Below are positions 16,824 through 27,366 of a stretch of DNA of 49,116 nt, in pieces (the first letter of the stretch is position 1; every line of letters begins with the position of its first letter). The position numbers and the translations under genes were made by a program. The notes under the pieces were generated by a model that was not told the DNA's origin, did not search any database, and worked only from the letters and a program-made list of their open reading frames with translations. Source of the DNA: a virus (taxonomy: Duplodnaviria > Caudoviricetes). Where the stretch lies: positions 1-49,116 of the IMG/VR virus record IMGVR_UViG_3300005805_000129; one strand, given 5' to 3'.

Positions 16824-19800
16824 ATGGCTCCGCAGACAAATGTTGTCGAAATCTTAATCCAAGCCAAGGATCAAGCCTCAAAGACTATTGGCGTATTAAG
16901 CGACTCCCTTGGAACTGCGGGAGCGGCAGCACAGTTTGCTCAGGGAAAAATAACAGCTTTCGGCGGAGCATTACTTGCAACTTCCGTATCGGGCATAAAG
17001 TCGCTAGGGTTGCTTGGCGATGCTGTTCAGTCAGTGCGATCGGCGCTAGACACTCCAGTTGGTCAAACACTAATTCAACAGCTTTCGACCGCTGCGGACG
17101 AAGCCTTAAACAAGACCGCAAGGCTTTCGGTGTTAGTCAAAGAGGTCTCAGGGGTCTCTAAGGATTTTGGTTCGGGTTTTACCTCTAGATCCTCAAGTAG
17201 TACTATTCAGCTTTTTGATCCTGCGGTAATGGGCAAGCAGCTTGAAAATGTCGTCATCAAGACTGCCGACACATTCTCAAAGACACTTGAACAAAAAATT
17301 AAGAACTCCGATCTTGCTACCGCTTTTGAGTCAAAACTAGGTGTGAGTATCGACTCACTGTCGGCACAGCTAGACAGTTCCTTGTCAGAAACACTGTTAT
17401 CGGGATTTGTAGGCAAAACACTACCTAGCGCCCTCGATACTGCACTAGGTAGTGTTTTTGGGGTGAATTTAACTTCAAAGATCGTTCAATCGATTCAAGC
17501 GGCGGGGAAGTCAAACCTATTGGGTGGAGTAGCTGGGAAGCTCGCTCAAGGATCGGTTGTCGGAGCTGCTAGAGAACTGGCAGTTGGAGAGTTAACCCCG
17601 AACCTTGAATCAGCCCAGTTAGCTGGCGCAAAACTATCTAACGCATTTGGGAAAAAGGTAGCTCAAGCCGTTTTAGGTGAAAGAACCCCTGCAAGCGCAG
17701 AGTTTAAGGAGATAGACGCTCAACTTGGCGGCGCTTTGGGCGATGTTATTGATCGACTTGGACAGAGGTTCCCCGACGTTTTAGAAAAAGGGAACCTGCC
17801 TATCGGCAAGCTGCTTGCCACCAAGTTAAGAGGGGCTGCACAGGTAACTTCTAAGAATGAACTCCAAGCGGCGGGGAATTTTCTTGTAGAGACGGCTTTT
17901 TCTAATCTGAGGAATATTAGGAGAAATCTTTTAGACGACGATCTTAATGCGGTATTTGATCTTGTTGTTGCGCCCGCTTTTAATGCCCAGAAAGACAACT
18001 TAAAGAAGCTAATCGGAATTGATGCAGCGACTTTCTCTGTTGGGATTTTAGATCCCCTCAAAAAGACTTCAAGGGATCTAGCTAAAGGCTTTGATGACGG
18101 GCTTGGTGCTGGGCTTGACAGTATTAAAGGTGGTGGCGCGATCGCTGAATATATAGCTCAGGTAGACGAGTTCCTTGGCGGCGGCATTACCGAAGCTCTG
18201 ACTCTCGCGGGGAATAAAGCTGCTTCTAGCTTTGCTGAAGGTTTTCGCGCTGCTGTTTTTGAAGAAATTACAGGTGTTCTCGATAACATTGATGCGTTTG
18301 TACTTGGTAGCCTAGAAAAGATTTCTCAAGTACCCCAGAAGCTTGTTCAGCCAATCAGCTTAGTTTCTTTGGTGTCAGATCCGATCGCTGGCGCTACAGA
18401 ACCATTAGAACTATTTGAACTGCTAGAGACGGGTGCGAGTAAAGCGACCAACGCTGTTTTTGAGGTTTCGCAGCGACTTACTTTCCTGTCTTTTGGATTG
18501 CAAGCTTTACAGGGGTTTGTGCAGAACGGGCCATTCCAGTTATTAATTGGGCAAAACGCAAGGCTTCAAGAACAGTTGCTAGCGACACAAGCCAGCCTCG
18601 TTGCGACGAATCGTATTATCCAGAATGGTGTAACAATATCCGACCCAACCAAGGCTATTCAGGCTCTTGGTCCTGCGGTTGAAGGCGCGATCGCGAAGAT
18701 TCGTAAAGACTCATTGGAATTAGTGGGGGTAACTTCAAAAGATCTCGTCGATTTGTTTCAAATCGTCGCGGGTCAAGCCAGTTCGATTGGGGCAAATCTA
18801 GATCAATCCGCAAATATCGTTACCTCGACGGCTGCGGCGCTAGGGACTCTGGGAGTGCCTTTGTTCCAAGCAAGGCAAGAAATAACCTCAATTGTTCAAG
18901 GAACTATCGACCAAAACTCTGTGCTTGCGAAGAATCTCAGCATCAATAATGAGATGGTCTCAAAGTGGAAGGCGCAGGGGACTTTTGTTGATGAACTACT
19001 CAGGAAGCTGGAAGCATTTAAGGTTGGCAACAAGCTCGCAAGCCAGACGATATCAGGGATCACGAGCAACATCCAAGAGGTATTTGACGAGATTGGACGC
19101 AAAGCTGGGGCTAAGTTCTTAGCTCCCATCGTTAAGGAGCTAGACGGTGTTTACAAATTTCTTGCGGCAAACCAAGATGTTATATCAACACAGGTCGAGA
19201 AACTGGTTTCTATTTTCTTTCGAGCTTTCGACAAGATTGTTGTTCTGTTTAAGGCTTTAAGCGATCCCATAGCCCAGCTTTTTGGCGCAATTCCAGAGTA
19301 TTTGGTGGAGTCATTAGCGGGGGCTATTACAGCCTTCTCAGATTCAGTAGTCTTTGCTATTAATATCCTTAAGCCAGCGATCGCGGTTTTCCTTGAGATC
19401 TTTAAGCTGGTGGCTCCTTTGGGCGGCGCATTTATTACCGCTTCTGTCGGAGCTAAAGTATTGTCGGCAGGAATATTGGGGCTAGGGCAAGGCTTTGGGT
19501 TCTTGTCCAAGATTCTTCCAGGGGTCGGTGAGTTACTGTTTATAGTTGACAAGAGATCGAATAGTCTCTTCAATCAGTTCTTGAACCTTACTTCTGTTCT
19601 CGGAAATAGAGGTGCTGCTGGATTTTTAACCTTTGCGGCTAACTTAGACAAGATACCTGGGGCAGCAAGCTTCGCAACGAAACAGTTGCAGGGACTACTG
19701 GGAGGATTGGCTCCTTTGTCAGGGTTCTTGGTTTCCCTAGCTCCACAAATCGGCGGGCTAGGTATCAAGTTAGCTGGTCTTGCTCAAGCATTTCCCGCTT

Positions 19801-22800
19801 TAAAAACCGTTTTTGAGAAAGCGTTTATTGGCGCGCCAGGGGCTTTACTCGTTCTTTCTCGTATTGTCGGAAAAAGCGAAATCTTTGGTAGCCTCGCGCC
19901 CTTAATCAACGACGCTTCAAAACAACTTGCTAAATTTACTGGGGTCGCCAGCAATGCTGAAAAAGCTAACTCGCTCTTTGCTAAGAGCTTACAACTTGGA
20001 GGTGCGGCGGCGAGGGAATTTGCTGTTAATAGCGTACTGCTAGGGGCTGGGGTTGGAGTTGGTTTTGTCTTTTTAGATCAGTTAATCCTGAAAAACAAAG
20101 GCTTACAAAAGATAATTCAGGACTTGACGGCAGCAATCCGTAAGTTTGCCGATACCGTTGGAGCTATATTAGCTCCCGTCTTTAAGTTGATTGGCGACAC
20201 GATATTGCCACTCTTTACTTTTGGGGAGAATTCAAACCCCTTTCAAAAGATAGTTGGAGGGCTTTTAATAGCGATCGCCGTAGTAAAACTTTTTGGTGGT
20301 ACGCTTTCTGCTGTTTTTAAGGGTGTTAACAACAGTATCGGAACCCTGAGTACTGGTATTTCAGAAACATTCACCAAGATTAAAAGAGCTAACGACAGCC
20401 TCAAAGAAATCTTGGGCTTAGCCAAGGAGGAGGGGAAGACAAAGACTTTTGTAGCGCCACTGCTGCCCAAGGACGAAGGATTAAGAAAGGAGGTTTCTCA
20501 AACAAGTTTAAGGGAAGCGCTTAAATCAAAAAAAGAAGAGCTAAGTTTGTTGGCTCAAGAAAAAAAAGCTATTCAGGAAAACAATCTAGCCAGAGCTTCT
20601 GAGCTTAGGGAAAAGGCATCCCAAGCTAGAGACGCAAAAGAGGCTGCGACAAGAGTATCCAAAGAGTTTAGGGAAGGAAAAACCGAAGTTAGTATTCCTC
20701 AAAAACTAATAACAGACAAGGATGTAGCCCAAGCAAAGCTTAGGGTGAAAGAAATTGAGAAGGATATTATTCGAGCGTCAAAAGAGGCTCGGATAAATGT
20801 CAATATAGATCCAGAAGCCTCCAAAATAGCAAAGGTTCAAAGGGAATACGCGATCGCCCAAGTCAATGCGGTTAAGGCATCCATCGAAGATCAGAAGCTG
20901 GTAGCGCCACTTAGTCAACTTGTTTTAGAAAAACCTCTAGCCCAGCTAGCAAAGATTAGGGATGCGGTTGGAGTTGGATTGCTAAACAGCTTCCTAAAAG
21001 CGGGAGATCAGGTTCTTGCTTTTTCGGGCAAAATCGACTCTGCTCTGATAAAGCTCAGTCAGTTCGATCTAGGCAAAACTCTTAGAAATATCGGATCTTT
21101 TGATGTAGGAGCTTTCGTCTCGAAGGGCTTTGAGAATGCTGTTGCTCAAGCAAAAGATACTGGGAAGGCGATCGCTGCATCTCTTTCTGGAAAAGGAGAA
21201 AAAAGTAATAGAAACTTCTTGCAAGAATTAGACGTTAGAGCGGGGCAATTTATTGATCCTAATCGAGCTGAAAGGCTTAAAACCCTAGAGGAATTAAAAT
21301 CCTTTAACGAAAAGCGAAAAGCCCTTGCTGCTGAAGCTAAAACCATAGATCCGAGTACAGGGTTATCTGCTAACGGTTCTAGTCTGGAGAAGATAGGGAA
21401 AGACGCTCAGAATATAGACGCTAATATCCAAAGACTTAGCGCTCAAGCCGAACAGCTCGACATCCCTGTTAGAAAAGCAGCGAAGGGGCTTGTCAACTCA
21501 TTCAAGAATGTTATTGCGGAGGTTGGACCAACCCTGCTACTGACGGCTCTGTTTGCTGGTATTACCACGTATATCGGGTTTATTGACGAACAAAACAAGA
21601 CAGTGGCGAACGGGGCTGAGAGGCTTGGAAACGCACTTAAAGACACTAAACAAAAGATTGATATTCTTAATGCGTCCCAAGGTAAAGACGCGCTTGGCGA
21701 GCTTAATAAACTAACAATCGCTAGGCAGAAGTATGTTGACGCTATTCGAGATCCAAAAATCTTGGTTGACGATCCTACCTTGAAACTTTATGATCGCCAG
21801 ATAGCCAAGCTCCAACAACTCAGGAGCTTGCAAGCAACTCCAGTAGATCCCGAAGCAAGAATCAGGGCAGAAGTGGAAAAAGAATACGAGCAAGACTTTG
21901 GCAAAAAATTCATAGCTGGACTTGGCTCTCTTTCTGGGACGAATGCAAAAGAATCCGACATTCAAACAAGATCCGCTGCCGAAGATCTTGCTCTTTCTAA
22001 GGTAAGGGCGGAGATCAACCTCCAAAAAAGAGAAGGACTCGCCCAGCTAATTGCTGAACAGGAAGAACTGATCCGACTGGAGCAGAAGAAGAACGTCCTT
22101 CAAGAGAGGGGTGATGCTGAAGCTGTCAAGGCAACTGAGTTGGCGATTGAGACCAAGAAGGAAGACATTGCCACTAGAATTGGAGATATCGATACTATTA
22201 TTCAGCAGATCGAGAGTAACAAGAAGGCTAGCAGTCAAATAGCCAAAGACCTGATCGGTGAAGCCACAAAACTAAAAGAAGCCTTTAAGTCTGTTGATCT
22301 CAAAATCGCTCCGATCGATTTACCTCGCATCGGGAGTGCGATTGAGCAGTCAACGGCAAAATATAAAGCCGCCGAAGAAGCTCTGGCTAGATCTGCGGGA
22401 GACCCTGCGATATTCAAGACAAAGATGACTGAACTCTTGGAGGCTTCTACGGTCTTGCAGGAAGCTGGTATTTTAAGGGCTGACGAGGTTGCTAAAAACT
22501 TTATCAGTATCGCCACCAACGTCTCCGCTGATCGCGACCTCCAAATCAAAGCTCAACAAGCAATTACTGAGGCATACAACAAAGAAGCTCAAAAGCGCAT
22601 TGCCACAATCGACGTACAGCAGGCAAAGATTCAAGCTTTGCTCGCCACTGGCAAGATCTCCGAGTCTGAGGCTAGCGTCCTGACAGGTAAAAACGAGATA
22701 GACAAAATTGACGCTCAGTTTGAGGCTGAGAAGAAATCCTTTGAGGCGAGAAAGGTAATCCGAGAGCGAAATGCCAAGGAGCAGCAAGAACAGATTGAGC

Positions 22801-25514
22801 GCGATCGTCTAATAGCCGAAGCTCAGGTCGCGGCGGCAACTGGCGATCCATCCAAGATTGAAGCCTTAAGAAAGCAACAAGCTCCTGCTCTTGATCAAAA
22901 GATATCGTCTCTAAACACGGACTTAAAGGCTGAGAAGGCGAAGAAAGATTCTTTGGATCAGATTAATAAGAGTGGTCTAGGTACGGCTGAAACTGTTCGG
23001 CAATTCAATGAGGTTTCTGTCTCGGTCAGTAACCTAGAAAAGCAGATTATTGGCATAACCACTCAGAAGGGTAAGCTAGATGATGTCTTAAAACTTAGTG
23101 AGGGATCTCAGAAGGATCTGGATGATGTTACCGCGCAGCTTGGCGGTACTAGCAAAGCTCTTGCTGAAGCTAGAGCAGAGAGAGGTCGATTACAGAAAGC
23201 CGTTGAACGGGGAAATACAACAACTTTATCTCCCTCGGAGACAAAGGATCTATTTAAAGACCCTAGAGTTGTTGCGGCGGCGAAGAGGGGTCAGTTCTTC
23301 GACATAAACAAAATTGTCGAAGAACGAAGGAATGCCGCCAACAAAAAGGTTGCAGAACTAGAAGCTCAGGAAAAAGCCCAACAAGCCCGTAAAGAGCAGA
23401 TAGAGAATATTCTCAAGAAAAATCCTGAAGCCGAAGCTGCGGGTAGGGCTTCTTTAGCAGCTTCCAAGAAGGCTTCCGCTGATGCTTCTGCTATTGCGAT
23501 CGCGCAGAGAAAGGAAGATGAAAGAAGGTTTGCTGAGGTGGAACAAAAAGCCGCAGCCGACAGAGCTAAAGCTCAAGCCGAAGAAGCGTTGCGAACTCTC
23601 GATTTCCGCATCAAGGAGACCCTCCAAGCCGAAAAGGTTGGTGAGACCCAGCGACTAGCGCAAATTGCCCAGCTTCGCAAGTCGGGGGTTAAGCTTGAAT
23701 CCGAAATCAAGCTTCAGGAGGCTGCTGAGCGGAAGCGTAGTATTACTCTTGAACTTCAGCTTGAACAACAGAAGCAGAAGCAGATTGAAGATCTTAAGAA
23801 GAAAGGTGTTGGTGTTAGCAGGGAAACCGAGAATGCTAATCGATTAAAAGTTGCTGAGCTAACCAAGCAGCTTGCCGAAGCTGAACTCGCAGCAATTGAG
23901 GGACTGGTTTCCGCAGTACGCGATCGCCTAGTCCTAGAAGCTCAGAAATACGCAGTCACAATCGAGCAGCAAAATCTCAAGCTTGAGCGTCAAAAGCTAC
24001 TATTTACTGCACTGGAAAAGAGCCTTGAAAATCAAAGCCGCCTGTCCGAGTCGGCAAATAAACTAGCTCAGTCCACTGTGGCTTTGCGCGAATCTGAGTT
24101 CAGTGCACTCAACAAGATTTACGATCGCCAACAAGCTGCTATCCGAAAGGCTGGTGGTGAAGGTAACTTTGCTGACCTTGAACTTGAAGAGAGAAAGCTA
24201 ATCCTTGCAGAAAAATTGGCTGTACTGAAGCTTAACTCCCTCAAACAACAGCAAAAATTTGAAGCCGAGTCCTTGGAGCGTGAAATCCAGAAGCGGGACT
24301 TATTGCTTGAGCGCAAGAAGGTCGAGAATGACATCGCGATCGCCAAGAAGAAGGTGGACATCGCCTCACAGGATGCTGCCATCAAAGCCGCCGAACTTGA
24401 AGTTAAATTGCGTCCCCAGTCCGAGGAGGCGAAGCTTAAACTTGCTCAAGCCAAACTTGGTCAGGAAAAGAATTTCCTTGAATTAGGTGGATTGCAGCAG
24501 GAAAAGGGCTTCATTGCTGACGAAGCGAAGGTTAATGAGATTGTTAATAAGAACGATCGCCAAGCTCTCGCTAACAAACAGCAGGGCGAAACCAATACGG
24601 CGATCGGTGATGTTATCGGCGCAACCAGAAATCCTGCACTGCAAGAGCGCCTACAACGAGAGCAGCTTGCTCGCCTAACCCAGAATACGGGTACAGCAGC
24701 ATTGACTACCACGGATGTAAGTAATGCCGTGGCTGCGGCAAGTCAACCTGTTAATGTTCGCGGTACTTCGTTTAGGAACCCCACCTCAGCATTGCTTGGG
24801 CAGGTTGAGCAGGGCGGAGTATTTACGGCTGCACCTGAACCTAAACCTAATAACGCGCCGTTCGCCACTAGTTTTGAGGAGTTAGCCAAGAAGTATCCCG
24901 ACAAGGGCGTGGCAGGCAGCTTTGAGGAGCTTAACAAGAAGTATCCTGCTCAAGCTAACTCGTTTGAGGGGCTTAACGCTAAGTATGGTGGTAAACCTAC
25001 GGAGGAAGCAAAGCCAGAACAGGCGATCATATCTTCGTTCGACAAGTTAATTCAGCAAATCGATGAAGGCTTCTCCAAGGTGTTGGTTGCTCCAGATCTC
25101 AAGGTTAAAGATTTAACCGCAGGATTGGAGGCAGAATTCAACCGTGTGTCAAAGCAGATCTCCGAGAACCCCGTGACGCTGAAGATCGACGATAAGGCAT
25201 TTGAGGAAGCTCAGAAGAAACTCGACAAGCCGATCGCCTTGCTTGACGAAGCTCAGCTTCAAAGAGCAGAAGCATTGGCGCAGGCTTTTGGTAGTCTTGG
25301 CGGCAAAGATCTTGTTCCTCAGCAACAGGGCAATCCCACGGGCGCAGCTCTGGGTACAAGTGGGAATATTACGGTTAATGCCCCGATCGCTATCAATACT
25401 CAAAGTAATATCAGCTCTGCGGCGGGTGTGGGCAACGATGTTCAGAAGGCTGTTAATGACACGCTTAATAATGTCTTGAGACGAGTAGCGGGTGTTACTA
25501 GCGGAGTGAGGTAA
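16824..25514 (+). CDS. Tail tape measure protein (~2,896 aa)
   Basis: N-terminal VVEILIQAKDQAS is typical of tape measures. It has a TMP core (ARQEITSIVQG..SQTISGITSNIQE), a hydrophobic Gly/Ala/Leu middle, long coiled coils and a C-terminal NITVNAPI. Confidence 0.9.
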   Translation: MAPQTNVVEILIQAKDQASKTIGVLSDSLGTAGAAAQFAQGKITAFGGALLATSVSGIKSLGLLGDAVQSVRSALDTPVGQTLIQQLSTAADEALNKTARLSVLVKEVSGVSKDFGSGFTSRSSSSTIQLFDPAVMGKQLENVVIKTADTFSKTLEQKIKNSDLATAFESKLGVSIDSLSAQLDSSLSETLLSGFVGKTLPSALDTALGSVFGVNLTSKIVQSIQAAGKSNLLGGVAGKLAQGSVVGAARELAVGELTPNLESAQLAGAKLSNAFGKKVAQAVLGERTPASAEFKEIDAQLGGALGDVIDRLGQRFPDVLEKGNLPIGKLLATKLRGAAQVTSKNELQAAGNFLVETAFSNLRNIRRNLLDDDLNAVFDLVVAPAFNAQKDNLKKLIGIDAATFSVGILDPLKKTSRDLAKGFDDGLGAGLDSIKGGGAIAEYIAQVDEFLGGGITEALTLAGNKAASSFAEGFRAAVFEEITGVLDNIDAFVLGSLEKISQVPQKLVQPISLVSLVSDPIAGATEPLELFELLETGASKATNAVFEVSQRLTFLSFGLQALQGFVQNGPFQLLIGQNARLQEQLLATQASLVATNRIIQNGVTISDPTKAIQALGPAVEGAIAKIRKDSLELVGVTSKDLVDLFQIVAGQASSIGANLDQSANIVTSTAAALGTLGVPLFQARQEITSIVQGTIDQNSVLAKNLSINNEMVSKWKAQGTFVDELLRKLEAFKVGNKLASQTISGITSNIQEVFDEIGRKAGAKFLAPIVKELDGVYKFLAANQDVISTQVEKLVSIFFRAFDKIVVLFKALSDPIAQLFGAIPEYLVESLAGAITAFSDSVVFAINILKPAIAVFLEIFKLVAPLGGAFITASVGAKVLSAGILGLGQGFGFLSKILPGVGELLFIVDKRSNSLFNQFLNLTSVLGNRGAAGFLTFAANLDKIPGAASFATKQLQGLLGGLAPLSGFLVSLAPQIGGLGIKLAGLAQAFPALKTVFEKAFIGAPGALLVLSRIVGKSEIFGSLAPLINDASKQLAKFTGVASNAEKANSLFAKSLQLGGAAAREFAVNSVLLGAGVGVGFVFLDQLILKNKGLQKIIQDLTAAIRKFADTVGAILAPVFKLIGDTILPLFTFGENSNPFQKIVGGLLIAIAVVKLFGGTLSAVFKGVNNSIGTLSTGISETFTKIKRANDSLKEILGLAKEEGKTKTFVAPLLPKDEGLRKEVSQTSLREALKSKKEELSLLAQEKKAIQENNLARASELREKASQARDAKEAATRVSKEFREGKTEVSIPQKLITDKDVAQAKLRVKEIEKDIIRASKEARINVNIDPEASKIAKVQREYAIAQVNAVKASIEDQKLVAPLSQLVLEKPLAQLAKIRDAVGVGLLNSFLKAGDQVLAFSGKIDSALIKLSQFDLGKTLRNIGSFDVGAFVSKGFENAVAQAKDTGKAIAASLSGKGEKSNRNFLQELDVRAGQFIDPNRAERLKTLEELKSFNEKRKALAAEAKTIDPSTGLSANGSSLEKIGKDAQNIDANIQRLSAQAEQLDIPVRKAAKGLVNSFKNVIAEVGPTLLLTALFAGITTYIGFIDEQNKTVANGAERLGNALKDTKQKIDILNASQGKDALGELNKLTIARQKYVDAIRDPKILVDDPTLKLYDRQIAKLQQLRSLQATPVDPEARIRAEVEKEYEQDFGKKFIAGLGSLSGTNAKESDIQTRSAAEDLALSKVRAEINLQKREGLAQLIAEQEELIRLEQKKNVLQERGDAEAVKATELAIETKKEDIATRIGDIDTIIQQIESNKKASSQIAKDLIGEATKLKEAFKSVDLKIAPIDLPRIGSAIEQSTAKYKAAEEALARSAGDPAIFKTKMTELLEASTVLQEAGILRADEVAKNFISIATNVSADRDLQIKAQQAITEAYNKEAQKRIATIDVQQAKIQALLATGKISESEASVLTGKNEIDKIDAQFEAEKKSFEARKVIRERNAKEQQEQIERDRLIAEAQVAAATGDPSKIEALRKQQAPALDQKISSLNTDLKAEKAKKDSLDQINKSGLGTAETVRQFNEVSVSVSNLEKQIIGITTQKGKLDDVLKLSEGSQKDLDDVTAQLGGTSKALAEARAERGRLQKAVERGNTTTLSPSETKDLFKDPRVVAAAKRGQFFDINKIVEERRNAANKKVAELEAQEKAQQARKEQIENILKKNPEAEAAGRASLAASKKASADASAIAIAQRKEDERRFAEVEQKAAADRAKAQAEEALRTLDFRIKETLQAEKVGETQRLAQIAQLRKSGVKLESEIKLQEAAERKRSITLELQLEQQKQKQIEDLKKKGVGVSRETENANRLKVAELTKQLAEAELAAIEGLVSAVRDRLVLEAQKYAVTIEQQNLKLERQKLLFTALEKSLENQSRLSESANKLAQSTVALRESEFSALNKIYDRQQAAIRKAGGEGNFADLELEERKLILAEKLAVLKLNSLKQQQKFEAESLEREIQKRDLLLERKKVENDIAIAKKKVDIASQDAAIKAAELEVKLRPQSEEAKLKLAQAKLGQEKNFLELGGLQQEKGFIADEAKVNEIVNKNDRQALANKQQGETNTAIGDVIGATRNPALQERLQREQLARLTQNTGTAALTTTDVSNAVAAASQPVNVRGTSFRNPTSALLGQVEQGGVFTAAPEPKPNNAPFATSFEELAKKYPDKGVAGSFEELNKKYPAQANSFEGLNAKYGGKPTEEAKPEQAIISSFDKLIQQIDEGFSKVLVAPDLKVKDLTAGLEAEFNRVSKQISENPVTLKIDDKAFEEAQKKLDKPIALLDEAQLQRAEALAQAFGSLGGKDLVPQQQGNPTGAALGTSGNITVNAPIAINTQSNISSAAGVGNDVQKAVNDTLNNVLRRVAGVTSGVR

Positions 25515-25598
25515 CGCAATTTTATGGTAGTATTGTTGTGGCTTCGCGGTATGCGACTACCCAAGCCTCTACCAACTTAATACGGAAGTGATAGCATT

Positions 25599-25772
25599 AT
25601 GTCGATTGTACTACGCCACAAAGACGAAGATGGTGTTGAATTTTTTACCTTAGACTCCACGGGTGAGTCAGGTTTTTTGATCGCGAGGTTACTAAGCGAT
25701 CGTTTACCAATACTACAAACTTATGACAGAAGGAATCACTATCGGCAAGGAGTTCATTCCCTGCGACCCTAA
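25599..25772 (+). pseudogene. Truncated cyanobacterial antirepressor-like ORF
   Basis: MSIVLRHKDEDGVEFFTLDSTGESG resembles the start of cyanobacterial antirepressor-like proteins, then the similarity stops. It is preceded by TGgTAGTAT (25525-25533) and small hairpins. Confidence 0.4.
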
Positions 25773-26100
25773 CAAAATTTCCGATGGCTACCATACCTTT
25801 GAGGAACTCTACGACCACCGATGTTTGTTGTTCATCCAACTTCTTGGACTACATCCAAAACTATCTTTCGCCTCTCATTTTCATGATGACGGGACTCAAT
25901 GGGATGGATGGTTTATTGCGGGATGCAAACTTGATGGCGGCATGGTTACATACCATCTACCAACAAAGTTCGTTGGCTTAATCCCTAAGTCTCTGTGGAT
26001 ACTTAAAGCGCCTACTTGGGACGGGCACACCTCGAAAGATGTGTGCGATCGCCTAATTGAGGAAGCAAAAATCAAGAAAGCAATACTAGATCAGGACTAA
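25723..26100 (+). CDS. WDGH-domain phage protein
   Basis: SDGYHTFEELYDHR..WFIAG..TYHLP..WDGHT. Confidence 0.8.
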   Translation: MTEGITIGKEFIPCDPNKISDGYHTFEELYDHRCLLFIQLLGLHPKLSFASHFHDDGTQWDGWFIAGCKLDGGMVTYHLPTKFVGLIPKSLWILKAPTWDGHTSKDVCDRLIEEAKIKKAILDQD

Positions 26101-26188
26101 CTATGCTTACTCCAAAATATCACGTCGCCGAAACCGTTGAATGTGGTGTTGACATACTCCCCCGTTTAGAAAACGGGGGATTCTAGTT

Positions 26189-27316
26189 TCAAGCAGCAAT
26201 AGCAACCCTTGCGGATCGACTTACATCGCCTAGACTAAATGTTGATGCCCCAACATTTTTAATATTTATAGCAGCATTCTCATCTCTATTATTAACTTGC
26301 TGACAGCAAGGACAGCGCCACATTCTAGTTTCCATTTCCAGCTTTTCTAGAACATGACCACAATTAGAACAAGTTTTAGAACTTGGATACCAGCGACTAA
26401 TAAAGTGAACTACCTTATCTTTTTTGAGCGCTACCCATTGCAGGATTTCTAGGAACTCAGCAAAAGCCAAATCATGAACTTTACGTCCCCATAGCTTAAC
26501 CATCCCTTTGAGATTGAGATCTTCAAAGAATAGATAGTCATACTCATCGGTTAGTCTATGGGCAAGTTTCCAGAAAAAGTCCCTGCGTTGATTGCTGATA
26601 TCTTCGTACAATCTAGCCAGATCAAGTCTAGCTTTGTTGCGGTTGTGAGAGCCTTTACGCTTGCGAGAATGCGCTTTACTTAGTCGCCTAAGTGCTTTGA
26701 GATTGGCTTTTAGAAATAGAGGTGATGCAATCTGCTCGTTGTCTGAAGTAGTTAGGAATGTTTTTAAGCCAAAATCAAATCCTGCTATTTTACCAGTCTC
26801 GAATTTGTTCTCAGCTTGCCCTAACGCATCAGTTACCACGACTAGATATAAATCACCTGTAGGAAATCGCTTAATTGTGACAGTTTTTATTTTGCCTTCA
26901 ATATTCTGTGAGTTCCAGAATTGATAAGTTTTAGAGCCAATCTTTACACGATTACCGCCTAAAAATTTGTACCCTGCTTGCTTTAAGGTGAAAGATCGAT
27001 ACTTCTTGGTTTTCTTAAAACTAGGAGGTCTAACTCCTTTCTTGTGATGATCAAAAAATAACTTATAACCACGTTCTATCCTTTGACAAATATCTTGCAC
27101 AGCTTGAGAGCCAACAAGTTGCCAATATGGGTTTCTATTACGCAGTTTAGCAATATGTTTCTGAAGTTTTGCACAGTTTAAAGTTTTGCCAAACATCCTG
27201 TAATAGCGCTTATGCAACGCTATACAGTGGTTATAGATACTCGCAGACGCATTAATGGTGCGCTTTAAGTATCTATTCCGTTTGTGCTGATAAAACTTAA
27301 ATCTGTACGTTTTCAT
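26189..27316 (-). CDS. tnpB: RNA-guided endonuclease TnpB
   Basis: MKTYRFKFY start. RuvC motifs GFDFG, FEDLN and NRDENAA. Zn finger CSNCG..CPCC. Confidence 0.95.
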   Translation of the reverse strand: MKTYRFKFYQHKRNRYLKRTINASASIYNHCIALHKRYYRMFGKTLNCAKLQKHIAKLRNRNPYWQLVGSQAVQDICQRIERGYKLFFDHHKKGVRPPSFKKTKKYRSFTLKQAGYKFLGGNRVKIGSKTYQFWNSQNIEGKIKTVTIKRFPTGDLYLVVVTDALGQAENKFETGKIAGFDFGLKTFLTTSDNEQIASPLFLKANLKALRRLSKAHSRKRKGSHNRNKARLDLARLYEDISNQRRDFFWKLAHRLTDEYDYLFFEDLNLKGMVKLWGRKVHDLAFAEFLEILQWVALKKDKVVHFISRWYPSSKTCSNCGHVLEKLEMETRMWRCPCCQQVNNRDENAAINIKNVGASTFSLGDVSRSARVAIAA

Positions 27317-27366
27317 AGTTCCTATGATAGCATGATTTTGTAGATAATTACAAGCTATATACATAA

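Noticed and set aside
16775-17161. 128-aa ORF before or overlapping the TMP as a tail assembly chaperone
   Set aside because: It lies almost wholly out of frame within the TMP start and has Cys/Arg/Ser-rich shadow composition.
4119-25403. Many minus-strand ORFs of 60-180 aa inside the structural genes
   Set aside because: They are antisense shadows of long, well-supported + strand genes.
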